64,000 nucleotides of DNA. Source: a bacterium. GTDB lineage: Bacteria > UBA8248. Made by a program: the position numbers and the translations under genes. Of this stretch, positions 9,540-18,958 are shown piece by piece (the stretch's first letter is position 1; each line of letters opens with the position of its first letter). Below the pieces are notes generated by a model. The model was not told where the DNA came from. It did not search any database and saw nothing but the letters and a program-made list of their open reading frames with translations. The DNA lies in assembly GCA_965207065.1 (NCBI GenBank), contig OZ242260.1:1088001-1152000 (forward strand). Direction: 5' to 3'.

Positions 9540-10493
9540 TCAACTCTCCTGCGGCCTGTAGAGGATTTTGATGTAACCGATCGCCAGGATGAAGGTGGCG
9601 ATGGCGATGACGTAGGAAATCGACGCGCCGGAGCCGAACTGCAGGTTCCGGAAGGTCTCCACGTAGGTGTACCAGGAGACGAGCGCTGTCGCGTCGCCCG
9701 GCCCTCCCTCGGTGAGGATATAGACGAGGTCGAAGGTCTTGATGGAGATGATCGAGGAGTAGACCAGCACCAGCAGAAAGGCCAGCTTGAGCGCAGGCAG
9801 CGTGATGTGCCAGAACCGCCTCGACGCGCCGGCCTGGTCGATCTTGGCCGCGCTGTAGAGGTCCTCGGGTATCGCCTGCAGCGCCGTCAGGAACAAGACG
9901 GTGGCCAGGGGAACCTCCTTCCAGACGAAGGCGTTCACGAGGGTGTAGAGCGCGCGGTCGGGGTTGCTGAGCCATGTCTGGTATTTGTCGATGACGCCAA
10001 GGGCAACCAGAAGCCCGTTCAGTAACCCGTAGTCGGAATGGTATATCCACTCCCAGATGAGACCGTTTGCCACGTAGGGCACCGCCCAGGGGACGAGGAT
10101 GAGCGGCACCACCCACCTGCGCACGCCGGCGCCCAGTTCATTGAGCGCCAGGGAGAAGATGAGTCCGAGCAGGGCCACGGCGATCACCGACACCACGACG
10201 AAGACGATCGTGTTAATGAACGCGTTGTAAAAATCCTCGCTCTCCAGGAACATGACGTAGTTCTCGAAACCCACGAAGGGGTTTCTGTGGGGCCGCTTCA
10301 GGTTATAGACGTGGACGCTGACGTAGAACGAATGCAGGATGGGATAGATGTTGAGCAGCACCATCAGCAGCAGAGCCGGTCCTACGAAGAACATCGCAAT
10401 GCCGCCTTCGGTCTGCGTACGCCGGGCGAACCAGCCCTTCAGGCCCGCCTGCTCGGTGGGTTTTGCTCCTTCGACGGACAGGATATTCGCCAA
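9540..10493 (-). CDS. Carbohydrate ABC transporter permease (MalF-like)
   Basis: LQAIPEDLYSAAKIDQAG, FDLVYILTEGGPG. Confidence 0.92.
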   Translation of the reverse strand: MANILSVEGAKPTEQAGLKGWFARRTQTEGGIAMFFVGPALLLMVLLNIYPILHSFYVSVHVYNLKRPHRNPFVGFENYVMFLESEDFYNAFINTIVFVVVSVIAVALLGLIFSLALNELGAGVRRWVVPLILVPWAVPYVANGLIWEWIYHSDYGLLNGLLVALGVIDKYQTWLSNPDRALYTLVNAFVWKEVPLATVLFLTALQAIPEDLYSAAKIDQAGASRRFWHITLPALKLAFLLVLVYSSIISIKTFDLVYILTEGGPGDATALVSWYTYVETFRNLQFGSGASISYVIAIATFILAIGYIKILYRPQES

Positions 10494-10553
10494 GGAAAAC
10501 CTCCATCGCGCCTCCCCCGGCAGTCCGCCGCCGGGGGAGGCAATCGCTTGCGT

Positions 10554-11891
10554 CTAACCGTAACGCCTCTTCAGTCTGTTCCACTGCTTGGTCAGGGTCT
10601 TGAGCGTGCCGACGATGTCGGCCTGACCCAGGATCGCCTTGTGGACGCGCGGACGCATGTACTGATCCCACTCGGCGTACCAGACGGCCTTCTGCCCGTC
10701 CTTGGGCTTGCTGAGCGCCATCTGGCTCTCGAACAGTTTCGCCTCGCCCCAATTGTTCGCGGCCGAGATGATGTCGGGGTCCTTGAACAGCGGCGCATGG
10801 CCGAAGCCCAGGCCGAACTCGGTGAACCACTTCTTCGCGGTGCGGTAGGTGCCCGACTTGTCCTTGCCGCCCAGGAAGTCGACCATCTTCCAGGCCATCG
10901 CCTTGCGCGCGGGGTCCTTCGCGGCCGAGGCGGTCATGCTGTAGGCCCGCGTCCAGCCGCACACGTTGGGCTTGGCGTTGTTGGCGGTGGGAATGAGGGC
11001 CATCTTGACCTTGCCGGCCACCTTGGAGGATTTGGGCTCGTTCGCCGCCCGCAGCCGGTAGTTCGGCAGGATGGCGAAGCTGCCCGTGCCGCTGCTGAAG
11101 GCCTTGAGCGCGGCGACTTCGTTGAGCTCCAGGAAACCGGGCTGCGTGATCTTGTGCTTCTTGGCCGCGTCGATGATCCACTGGATCGACTGCGCCGCCG
11201 CGGAGCCTTCCTTGTCGTAGTTCATGACGTTGTACTTCTCGTCGACGAACCGCCCGCCCCGGCTGTACATCATGGTGAAGAGCAGCTCGCCCATCCAGAA
11301 ATCGGCTTTCAGGAACTGCAGGAAGGGATACTCCTGAATCCCCTTGCTCTTGATCTGGAGGCTCTGCTGGACCACTTCGTCCCAGGTCTTGGGAGGAGCG
11401 CCGATGCCCGCTTTCTCCAGATGCTCCTCGTTGTAGAGGAACGCCATGTGGCCCACGTAGTAGGGCAGGCCGTAGAGCTTGCCGTTATAGGTGAGCGCAT
11501 CGGCGGTCGGGCCGATGAATTCCTTGCGGTATTCGTCCACCCTCGGAAACTCGTCGATGGGGTAGAGCCAGCCCGCCTCCACGAACTCGGCGAGGTGCCC
11601 GTCGATCATGTAGATGACGTCGAGAGGGGTCTTGCCCGAGAACTTGACGACCAGGGCGTCGTGGTACTTGCTGCCCGGCGTGTTTCCGTAGTTGATCTTG
11701 ACCTTGGCGAGCTTCTCGAACTCGGCGATGCGCTGCTTCACGAAGCTGATCCCGTAGGTCCAGCTGTAGAAGTTGAGCTTTTTCACCATCGCCGCCGAGG
11801 GCGTCGCCTGCGAGACAGGCAAAGCCATGGCGGCCGTTCCGAGTGCGGCATTGCGAAGGAGTTTCCGACGACTCAAACCGAGTTCTTTCAT
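10554..11891 (-). CDS. ABC transporter extracellular solute-binding protein (family 1) with Tat signal
   Basis: SRRKLL twin-arginine motif after ATG 11891; YNGKLYGLPYY, PPKTWDE. Confidence 0.9.
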   Translation of the reverse strand: MKELGLSRRKLLRNAALGTAAMALPVSQATPSAAMVKKLNFYSWTYGISFVKQRIAEFEKLAKVKINYGNTPGSKYHDALVVKFSGKTPLDVIYMIDGHLAEFVEAGWLYPIDEFPRVDEYRKEFIGPTADALTYNGKLYGLPYYVGHMAFLYNEEHLEKAGIGAPPKTWDEVVQQSLQIKSKGIQEYPFLQFLKADFWMGELLFTMMYSRGGRFVDEKYNVMNYDKEGSAAAQSIQWIIDAAKKHKITQPGFLELNEVAALKAFSSGTGSFAILPNYRLRAANEPKSSKVAGKVKMALIPTANNAKPNVCGWTRAYSMTASAAKDPARKAMAWKMVDFLGGKDKSGTYRTAKKWFTEFGLGFGHAPLFKDPDIISAANNWGEAKLFESQMALSKPKDGQKAVWYAEWDQYMRPRVHKAILGQADIVGTLKTLTKQWNRLKRRYG

Positions 11892-12173
11892 GGTCAACCC
11901 TCCATCGTCGCCCAAGGAGAACTTGCGCTCCCCGTGGCACGGGCGATCCGCCATCGGGGGCAGAACCAAACCACAACGTCCATCAAGAGACCCTGGGCAG
12001 GGCCTCTCTGTTCACTCGGATTTCAGACGAAGAGATGGGAAGCGTGTTAACGGCAGGAGGCGAAACGGGGCAACAATCCCCTGGAGGCGACGATACCACC
12101 GGTTCGCGATTCCCACTCTCCGGCGTTCGATAAATCCTCAAACAACCTCAACTAACCTTACAAGTATGATGAA

Positions 12174-12202
12174 ATGCTAGCAGGGTTCCCCTGGGCTGTC
12201 AA
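12174..12202 (-). promoter_or_regulatory. Sigma70-type promoter for the ABC importer operon
   Basis: Minus strand TTGACA-17 nt-TAGCAT. Confidence 0.6.
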
Positions 12203-12273
12203 TTTTCCGCGATTCAGGGGTACCCAGGTGTCCCGCTTCAAAGCAGGTCGTTATCCCCGGAGGTGACTCCTGT

Positions 12274-12666
12274 CTAGTTGCGCGAGACGAGCTCGATGCT
12301 GATGTCGTCCGGCCCTCTGATGAAGGCGATCTTCGTGCCCGGCCCGATCTCCCACGGGTCGCAGATGAAGTCGGCCCCTTTCGCGCGCAGGTCGGCCTCG
12401 GCCCTGTCCATGTCGTCGACGACGAGTCCGAAATGGTCCAGCCCGTAGCGCGGATCGCTCGTCGTGTGGACGGGGTTCTCGCCCTCCGCCCGGCCAGACA
12501 CCAGAAAGCTCATGCCGTTCAGATCGAACCTGAAAATGGGCGAGCCGCCCAGGTCGCCCTCTTCCATCACCTTCGCGCCAAACATCTCCTCCCAGAACTT
12601 TCGGGCGGCGTGGGGGTCTTCGCTTCGAAAGTGCAGGTGATCGTAACCGTAGGTGGGCATGGACAT
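12274..12666 (-). CDS. VOC/glyoxalase family protein
   Basis: YDHLHFRS, GLDHFGLVVDD, AFIRGPDDISIELV. Confidence 0.9.
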   Translation of the reverse strand: MSMPTYGYDHLHFRSEDPHAARKFWEEMFGAKVMEEGDLGGSPIFRFDLNGMSFLVSGRAEGENPVHTTSDPRYGLDHFGLVVDDMDRAEADLRAKGADFICDPWEIGPGTKIAFIRGPDDISIELVSRN

Positions 12667-12873
12667 CGTATCCCCTCCAGAAAAAGTGAGCCGATAAAGA
12701 GGAATTTCTATCCTCTCGCCTGTCCGTCGAGCGTGTGAATATGGTGGAAATTATAGTGGCGTTACCGGCGGGATTGTCAAGAAGGGAGAATTGTGACTGA
12801 GGCGGAAATCTGTCTCAAGGCATGGATTGAGAATGCTCTGCGTTTCTTCAATATGACTACTTCGAGTGTATTC

Positions 12874-13851
12874 TCATTTCTGCCCCGTTCCTGTGGTAAT
12901 AGCTGAATTGATGTATTCCCGTAATGTCTTGGTCGCTGCTTTGGTCGCCACTCGCGTCTGGTCACTCCACTCGTGAAATGAGTTTCGAATCGCATCTCGC
13001 ACCACTATCAGACGCGTCTTGACTATCGCGCGCGTCTCGTCATCAAGAGCGCGTCAGACACGATTACCCGACACCCAGAAATATGCACTGCCGCCCACTA
13101 CCGCCAGAGGAATCAACACTGGGGCCCCTACAGTGAGTCCGACCGTGCTTGCAGCCGTTACCGCACCTGCCGTCGCAGCACCAGCCAACGCACCCATCGC
13201 GACCTTGGGTGCCCCTTCCTTCGCTGCTTGTTTCACTGTCTTGCGCTCGTTGACAATGTTAAGCGTCTCCACTGTCGTCGTCACCGGTAATTCTACAAGC
13301 GCTCCGATTACCCCACCCCTCGCAATCGTGATCAACATGATCTTTCCTCCACCCGCTATGCTCACCGCTGCGTTGTAGAGGCGAACTTTGGACTTATCCA
13401 TGAGGGTCATATCATTCGACCCACGTGCCAGGTTCCATTTCTTGGGTTCAAAGACCAAATTGGGTGGTTGGGCAGCCAACTCCGGATGATATTTCACAGA
13501 GCGAATGTGGCTCACATGATGCTTGTCGAGATATTCCAGCGTCGCCCCCTCACCAGCCAACCGGACTCCACCAGGCATCTTCGGGAACAGATCCTTCCCT
13601 TTGAGGTTGCCGGTGATGGCCCTTTGATTTATGTCCGACGCCCTCTGGCTTAGCTTCGTGGCAACTTTCGGCATCTCATCCAATCCTAGCGCGGTCGCTG
13701 CGCTCCTGACACTCGCAATCGACGCATGCGCCGCAGTGATTGCCCACTCCCACCAACCAACTGTTTCCGGTAGTGGCTGCGCAGCAGCCCGGCCCGCTCC
13801 GAAATATACGAGTAACGCAATCAGCAACAACTTCAGCGCCAGTTTCTTCAT
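12874..13851 (-). pseudogene. Exported protein with His-Me-finger-like segment and Gly/Ala-rich membrane helices; internal TGA at 13054-13056
   Basis: Signal peptide MKKLALKLLL; HHVSHIRSVK..NLVFE..WNLARG; frame stays open 59 codons beyond the TGA, to a stop at 12874. Confidence 0.55.
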
Positions 13852-13868
13852 TGTCGGACTAATTCCCC

Positions 13869-14246
13869 TCACCCTCCCGGCAGGATGACGTAGAGGTCCT
13901 CCCCGTCGACTTCCACGGGAAAGCGCTGGACTTTCCGCCTGCGGTTGGCGAGGCATTCCCCCGTTCTTACTTCGAACTCCCAGCCGTGCATGGGACACGC
14001 GACCACGTCCGCTTCATCGCGCGCGTAGTGTTCTTGCACCTTGCCGTCCTCCCCCACAGTAGCCGTGATCTCGCGGAAGAGGTTCCCTGAGCATACAGGG
14101 CCTTGCTGGTGGGGGCATTTGTCCTCCAGGGCAAAGAAACCGTCGCTCAGCCGGAAGATGCCGAGCTTGAGTCCGCCGAGTTCCATGCGAATCCGCTCGC
14201 CGGGGCCTATCTCGGACGCGCGCGCCGCCCAGAGCCGCCTCGCCAT
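13869..14246 (-). CDS. Rieske [2Fe-2S] ferredoxin
   Basis: CPHQQG ... CPMHGWEF. Confidence 0.93.
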   Translation of the reverse strand: MARRLWAARASEIGPGERIRMELGGLKLGIFRLSDGFFALEDKCPHQQGPVCSGNLFREITATVGEDGKVQEHYARDEADVVACPMHGWEFEVRTGECLANRRRKVQRFPVEVDGEDLYVILPGG

Positions 14247-15359
14247 CTAGGCGCTCACCTCCAGGTTCACCGTTTTTTCCGTGAAGCGGAAGACGCCCAA
14301 GGCGTTCTCGCCCATGATCTTGCGGCGGCCCGGGCCGCTTAAGAACGGGAGGTCAGCGACCGCCGAGGGTTCATCGTAATCGAAATGGGGCCAGTCGCTC
14401 GCGAACAGGAAGGTGTTCTCCCCGTCGAGCAGGTCAAAGAACATCTTCAAATGCTTTCTCGGCATCTCCTCCATCGGCTGGGTGCCGAAATAGAAATCCT
14501 TGATGTATTCGCTCGGCAGCTTTCGGAGCAGCGGCGCTTCCACCCGGCGGCGCATGTATTCGGTGTCCAGGCGGTACATGAGGCCCGCCACCCAGGTGAT
14601 GCCGCTTTCCTGAAAGACGATCTTGAGGTCCGGGAAGCGCTCGGGCACCCCCTCCATCACCATGCTCACGAGCTGCACCTGGTTGCACCACGTCATGTCC
14701 AGCGCGTGGCTCTCGACGAAGGAGGGAAACTTGGCGAAGCTCGAGAGGTCGGGCCCCAGGAAGTTCGCGTGCAAGACGATGGGGAGCCCGTGGTGCTGCG
14801 CCGCCTCGTAGATGGGGTTGTACGCCTCGGCGCCCAGGGGAAGCTCCACGCTGCCGAGCATCTCCACTCCGCACACGGCCGGATTGCCCGCCACGCGGTC
14901 TATCATCTTCGCGGCGCGTTCGGGGTCGCGGCCTGCGGCCACCACCAGGGTGTAGATTCCCTCCTCTGGCGCGCAGACGCCGTCGACCATGTAGTCGATG
15001 TAGCCGTTGCAGATGTCCATCGCGTGGTTCGCGTTCCGCACGAACTCGACCATGAGCATGTAGGTGGGGATCATGACGATGGTGTCGACCCCGAAGCGCT
15101 CCATCACGACGGGGATGTCCGCGGGACTCGACATGCCGAGCATCTCGTCCTGATCGCCCTTGCCCGCCACGGCCCCCCGTACGGTGCGGCCGTGGAGCAT
15201 GACGTCGTACTGATCCCCCACCAGGGCGGGCATGTGGTACTGCCCGCTCCAGTCGGCGAATCGCTCGACGGAGGGACCCTTCAGGTACTTGGCGAATTCG
15301 CGGATTTCCTCGAGATAGTGCGCGTCGGCGTCCACGACGTGCATCCCCCGGTAGCCCAT
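14247..15359 (-). CDS. Amidohydrolase-2 superfamily metalloprotein (possible PtmU3-like diiron oxygenase)
   Basis: DADAH, VLH, FQESG, SDWPHFD. Confidence 0.85.
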   Translation of the reverse strand: MGYRGMHVVDADAHYLEEIREFAKYLKGPSVERFADWSGQYHMPALVGDQYDVMLHGRTVRGAVAGKGDQDEMLGMSSPADIPVVMERFGVDTIVMIPTYMLMVEFVRNANHAMDICNGYIDYMVDGVCAPEEGIYTLVVAAGRDPERAAKMIDRVAGNPAVCGVEMLGSVELPLGAEAYNPIYEAAQHHGLPIVLHANFLGPDLSSFAKFPSFVESHALDMTWCNQVQLVSMVMEGVPERFPDLKIVFQESGITWVAGLMYRLDTEYMRRRVEAPLLRKLPSEYIKDFYFGTQPMEEMPRKHLKMFFDLLDGENTFLFASDWPHFDYDEPSAVADLPFLSGPGRRKIMGENALGVFRFTEKTVNLEVSA

Positions 15360-15468
15360 CGCTTTCTCCCCACAGAGTCTTCAGAAGATTTCAAAAGGCT
15401 TCGCCGGATGATAGCATTCTCCCCGTTTCCTGAACACGCAGGCGAACTTTTTCTCGTGAGGACAACCC

Positions 15469-16679
15469 ATGAACGATGAGCAAACCGCGCGCATGCCTTT
15501 GGAAGGCGTGCGGGTCGTGGACATGTCGAACTATCTGGCGGGGCCGCTCTGCACCATGTATCTCGCAGACTACGGGGCGGACGTCATCAAGATCGAAAAT
15601 CCCAGAGGCGGCGACCCCATGCGCCTTTGGGGCCACAACAAAAACGGCGTGGGCCTCTACTACAAGATGATCAACCGCAACAAGAAGAGCGTCACGCTGG
15701 ATTTAAGAACGCCTTTCGGCGTCGAAGCGGTGAAAAAACTCGTGGCCGGGGCCGATGTCGTCGTGGAGAACTACCGCACCGGCGTGCTCGAAAAATGGGG
15801 GCTGGACTACGAGAACTTAAAAGAGGTGAACCCCGCCGTCATCATGCTCTCCATCACGGGGTTCGGCAGAACGGGGCCGTACAAAAACCGCCCCGGATTC
15901 GGTTCTCTGGCCGAGGCCTTCGCGGGCTTCAGCCACATCAACGGCTACCCCGACGGCCCGCCCCTCAGTCCCTCCTGGGGGCTGGGCGATTGCTCCACAG
16001 GCATCGGCGCGGCGTTTCTGGTGATGACCGCCCTCCTCGAGCGCGAGCGAAGGGGCGGCGCGGGCCAGCAGATAGACCTGGCGATCTACGAGCAGTTGCT
16101 CACCATGTTGGGACCCCAGGTGATCTACTACGACCAGCTCGACTTCATCCAGGGCAGGAGCGGCTCACGCCTCGAGTTCGCAGTGCCCCGGAACAACTTC
16201 GAGACCAAAGACGGCCAGTGGGTGCTCATCGCGGGCTCGAACCAGTCCATCTTCGAGAACATCTGCAAGGGCCTGGAGCGCGAGGATTTGATAGCCGACC
16301 CCAGGTTCGCCGACAACCGCGAGCGCATGAAGAACGCCGACGCCATCGAGGACGAACTCCAGAAGACCCTGAAAACCCTGACGCTTGATGAGGTGATGGA
16401 ACGCTTGACCGAGTTCGATGGCGCGGCCACCCCCATCAACAGCGTGAAGATGGTGATGGAGAACGAACAGGTGGTTGCGCGTGGGAACATCACCGAGGTG
16501 GAAGACGCGGAACTCGGCGGCCCGGTGCGGATGCAGGAGGCCTCGGCAAGCTGTCGCGCACGCCGGGCAAGGTGCGCCACGCGGGCGAGCCGTTAGGGAG
16601 GAGCAACCGCGAGGTTCTCGTGGATCGTCTCCGCTACACGGAAGAAAAACTAAAAAGCGAGGGAATCGACCTGGGGTGA
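15469..16679 (+). pseudogene. CoA-transferase family III (CaiB/BaiF), frameshifted near the 3' end
   Basis: LEGVRVVD, AGPLCTMYLADYGADVIKIE, NRNKKSVTLDL; after VRMQ (~16540) the conserved tail GKLSRTPGKVRHAGEPLGRSNREVL continues in another frame to TGA at 16677-16679. Confidence 0.8.
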
Positions 16680-16756
16680 TGGCGGGTCAATCGCGACCGG
16701 GAAGGGAGGGTTCGGAGGGAATCATGCTTCACTCGCCCTCACTCGGTTTGAAAACC

Positions 16757-16869
16757 AACCCCCCCTACCCCCCCTTGTCAGGGGGGTATAAAAAAGGCGA
16801 TGCGCCCCCGCCGGGCAGAGGGGGTTTTGCTTTTTCTTGCCCCCCTGACAAGGGGGGGTAGGGGGGGTT
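16757..16869. repeat. Palindromic REP/MITE-like repeat with perfect 30-bp inverted arms
   Basis: AACCCCCCCTACCCCCCCTTGTCAGGGGGG (16757-16786) and its exact reverse complement (16840-16869). Confidence 0.85.
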
Positions 16870-16994
16870 GCCTTTACGGGGTTTCCCTCTCAAAGGGGTT
16901 GCCTTTACCCACACAAGAACTTTTTCAACAGCCCCATATGCGGCCCCTGCACACCCCTTGAATGACGCCCCTGCAAAACCCTCGTCCTGCCTGA

Positions 16995-17987
16995 CTAGAA
17001 CCGCACAGCCAGTTCATCCACCGCCTGGGTCGTGCGGGCGTCCTCATCCACCAGGAGCCACTCGGGCGTAGGCGTCTTCTTGAAGCTCTTGCCCGCCTTG
17101 AGAACCGTGCCGTACAGGGGCGCTTCCATGGCGTCGGACAGTTTTTCCGCGAGACGGATAAGCGCATCCACGTCCACTCCCGTTTCCACCTCCATCAGCC
17201 AGAGCATGTGGGCCAGATCCTCGGTGGATATGTTGCCGGAAGCGTTCGGCGCGAAGGGGCACCCGCCGATTCCGCCGAGAGAGCCGTCCAGCACTGTGGC
17301 TCCCGCCTGCATTGAGGCCAGTGCGTTGGCGAGGCCCATGCCGCGCGTGTTGTGCAGGTGGACGACTAGGCCCTTCTCCGGCCAGCGAGCTTTCAGTTCG
17401 CTCACCATGCGGCCCATCCGCGCGGGGTCGCCCATGCCCATCGAATCGCACAGGAAAAACTCGTCCACGCCCAGCCCGACGTATTTCTCGGCGATGTCGT
17501 AGACCACCTCTTCCGCCACGCGACCGGTGTAGGGACAACCCGTCGAGAGACTGATGGCCCCGCTGAAAGGGATGCCCGCGCCTTTCACGATTTTAGAGAT
17601 TTTGGCCATCTCATCCAGGCTCTGCTTCACGGAGCGGTTCACGTTCGCGCGATTGTGCACGTCCGTGATGGAGATGACCTGCTGCACCCCGTCGCTCCCG
17701 GCGTCCACCGCCCGGCGCGCGCCGCGCTCGTTGGCGACCAGGCACTCGTAGGTGACGCCCGGCTTTCTCTTGATGCGGCGCATCACTTCGTCCGCGTCCG
17801 CCGTGGCGGGAACCGCCTTTGGGTTCATGAAGCTCGTGGCCTCGATGCGGCGGATGCCTGCGTCCGCCAGACCCTCGATAATCTCGATTTTGAGTTCCGT
17901 GGGCAGCACCTGCTTCAGGTTCTGGATGCCGTCGCGCATGACGACATCGCGCACGAGAACGCTCGTGGGAAGTTCGGGGTTCGACAT
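16995..17987 (-). CDS. Hydroxymethylglutaryl-CoA lyase-like (DRE-TIM) protein
   Basis: RDGIQN, HLHNTRGMGLAN, GGIGGCPFAPNASGNISTED. Confidence 0.9.
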   Translation of the reverse strand: MSNPELPTSVLVRDVVMRDGIQNLKQVLPTELKIEIIEGLADAGIRRIEATSFMNPKAVPATADADEVMRRIKRKPGVTYECLVANERGARRAVDAGSDGVQQVISITDVHNRANVNRSVKQSLDEMAKISKIVKGAGIPFSGAISLSTGCPYTGRVAEEVVYDIAEKYVGLGVDEFFLCDSMGMGDPARMGRMVSELKARWPEKGLVVHLHNTRGMGLANALASMQAGATVLDGSLGGIGGCPFAPNASGNISTEDLAHMLWLMEVETGVDVDALIRLAEKLSDAMEAPLYGTVLKAGKSFKKTPTPEWLLVDEDARTTQAVDELAVRF

Positions 17988-18012
17988 GGAAGGTATCCTC
18001 CAGCCGGGGGCG

Positions 18013-18942
18013 CTATTCGGCCAGACGCTTCATTCTCGGGTCGAGCACGTCGCGCAGCCAGTCGCCCAGAAGGTTCACGCTCAGGACCGTGAGCATGAGG
18101 ATGAGGCCCGGGAAGAGCGCTATCCACCAGGCCGTATCGAGGAAGCTCCTGCCGTCGGCGAGCATTCCGCCCCACGTCGGCGTGGGAGGCGGCACGCCCA
18201 GCCCCAGGAAGGAGAGTGCGGATTCGATGATAATCATCCGGCCCAGGTACAGGGTGGCGATGACGATGGTCGTGGAAGCCACGTTCGGGAAGAGGTAGAT
18301 GAACAGGATCCGTATTGTGCCGCAGCCGGTCGCCTTCGCGCCGGTAACAAACTCGTTCTCCTTGATGGAGAGAACCTCCGCGCGCACCACCCGCGCGTAG
18401 ACGAGCCAGGTCCTGAGCGCAATGACCAGGACAATGTTCTGCAGGCTCGGCCCCAGTATCGCCACCAGGCTGATGGCCAGGAGGATGAAGGGAATGGCCA
18501 GGGCCGTATCGATGATGCGGCTGATGACGGTATCCACCCAGCCGCCGAAATAGCCCGCGAAGATGCCGACCGTGATGCCGATGAGTCCGCTCACGATGAC
18601 GGCGGCGATGCCGACGATGAGCGATATGCGCGAGCCCCAGATGATGCGGCTTAAGATATCGCGCCCCTGCTGGTCAGTGCCGAGCCAGTAGACGTCTCCC
18701 GCCTTGTCGACGTAGCCGGGCGCCTTGAGATAGCGCCCCAGGTCCTGCGAAAGCGGGTCCAGCGGGGAGAACAAATCCGGTACGAGGGCGAAGATGATGA
18801 CGAGAGAGACGAAAAACGCGCCGAAGATCGCCGGCGGCCTGCGCTTGAGTTCCTGAATGGCCATCTGAAAATCGCTCGGCCCGCGCTCCATGTCCTCATC
18901 GATTTCGATGTCGAGCGTCGCCGCCCTGTCGTCGACAACCAT
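18013..18942 (-). CDS. Peptide/nickel ABC permease (DppC-like)
   Basis: LGTDQQGRDILSRIIWGSRISL, ESALSFLGLGV. Confidence 0.93.
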   Translation of the reverse strand: MVVDDRAATLDIEIDEDMERGPSDFQMAIQELKRRPPAIFGAFFVSLVIIFALVPDLFSPLDPLSQDLGRYLKAPGYVDKAGDVYWLGTDQQGRDILSRIIWGSRISLIVGIAAVIVSGLIGITVGIFAGYFGGWVDTVISRIIDTALAIPFILLAISLVAILGPSLQNIVLVIALRTWLVYARVVRAEVLSIKENEFVTGAKATGCGTIRILFIYLFPNVASTTIVIATLYLGRMIIIESALSFLGLGVPPPTPTWGGMLADGRSFLDTAWWIALFPGLILMLTVLSVNLLGDWLRDVLDPRMKRLAE

Positions 18943-18958
18943 CGCGTGTCCTTACCCC

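Noticed and set aside
10038..12050. 670-aa ORF and many similar long antisense or alternate-frame ORFs (e.g. 27080..28612, 34053..35135)
   Set aside because: Shadow ORFs of well-supported genes in GC-rich DNA with no protein motifs
13054..13056. Selenocysteine or readthrough recoding of the TGA
   Set aside because: No evident SECIS-like hairpin, and the context suggests Trp; a nonsense mutation is simpler
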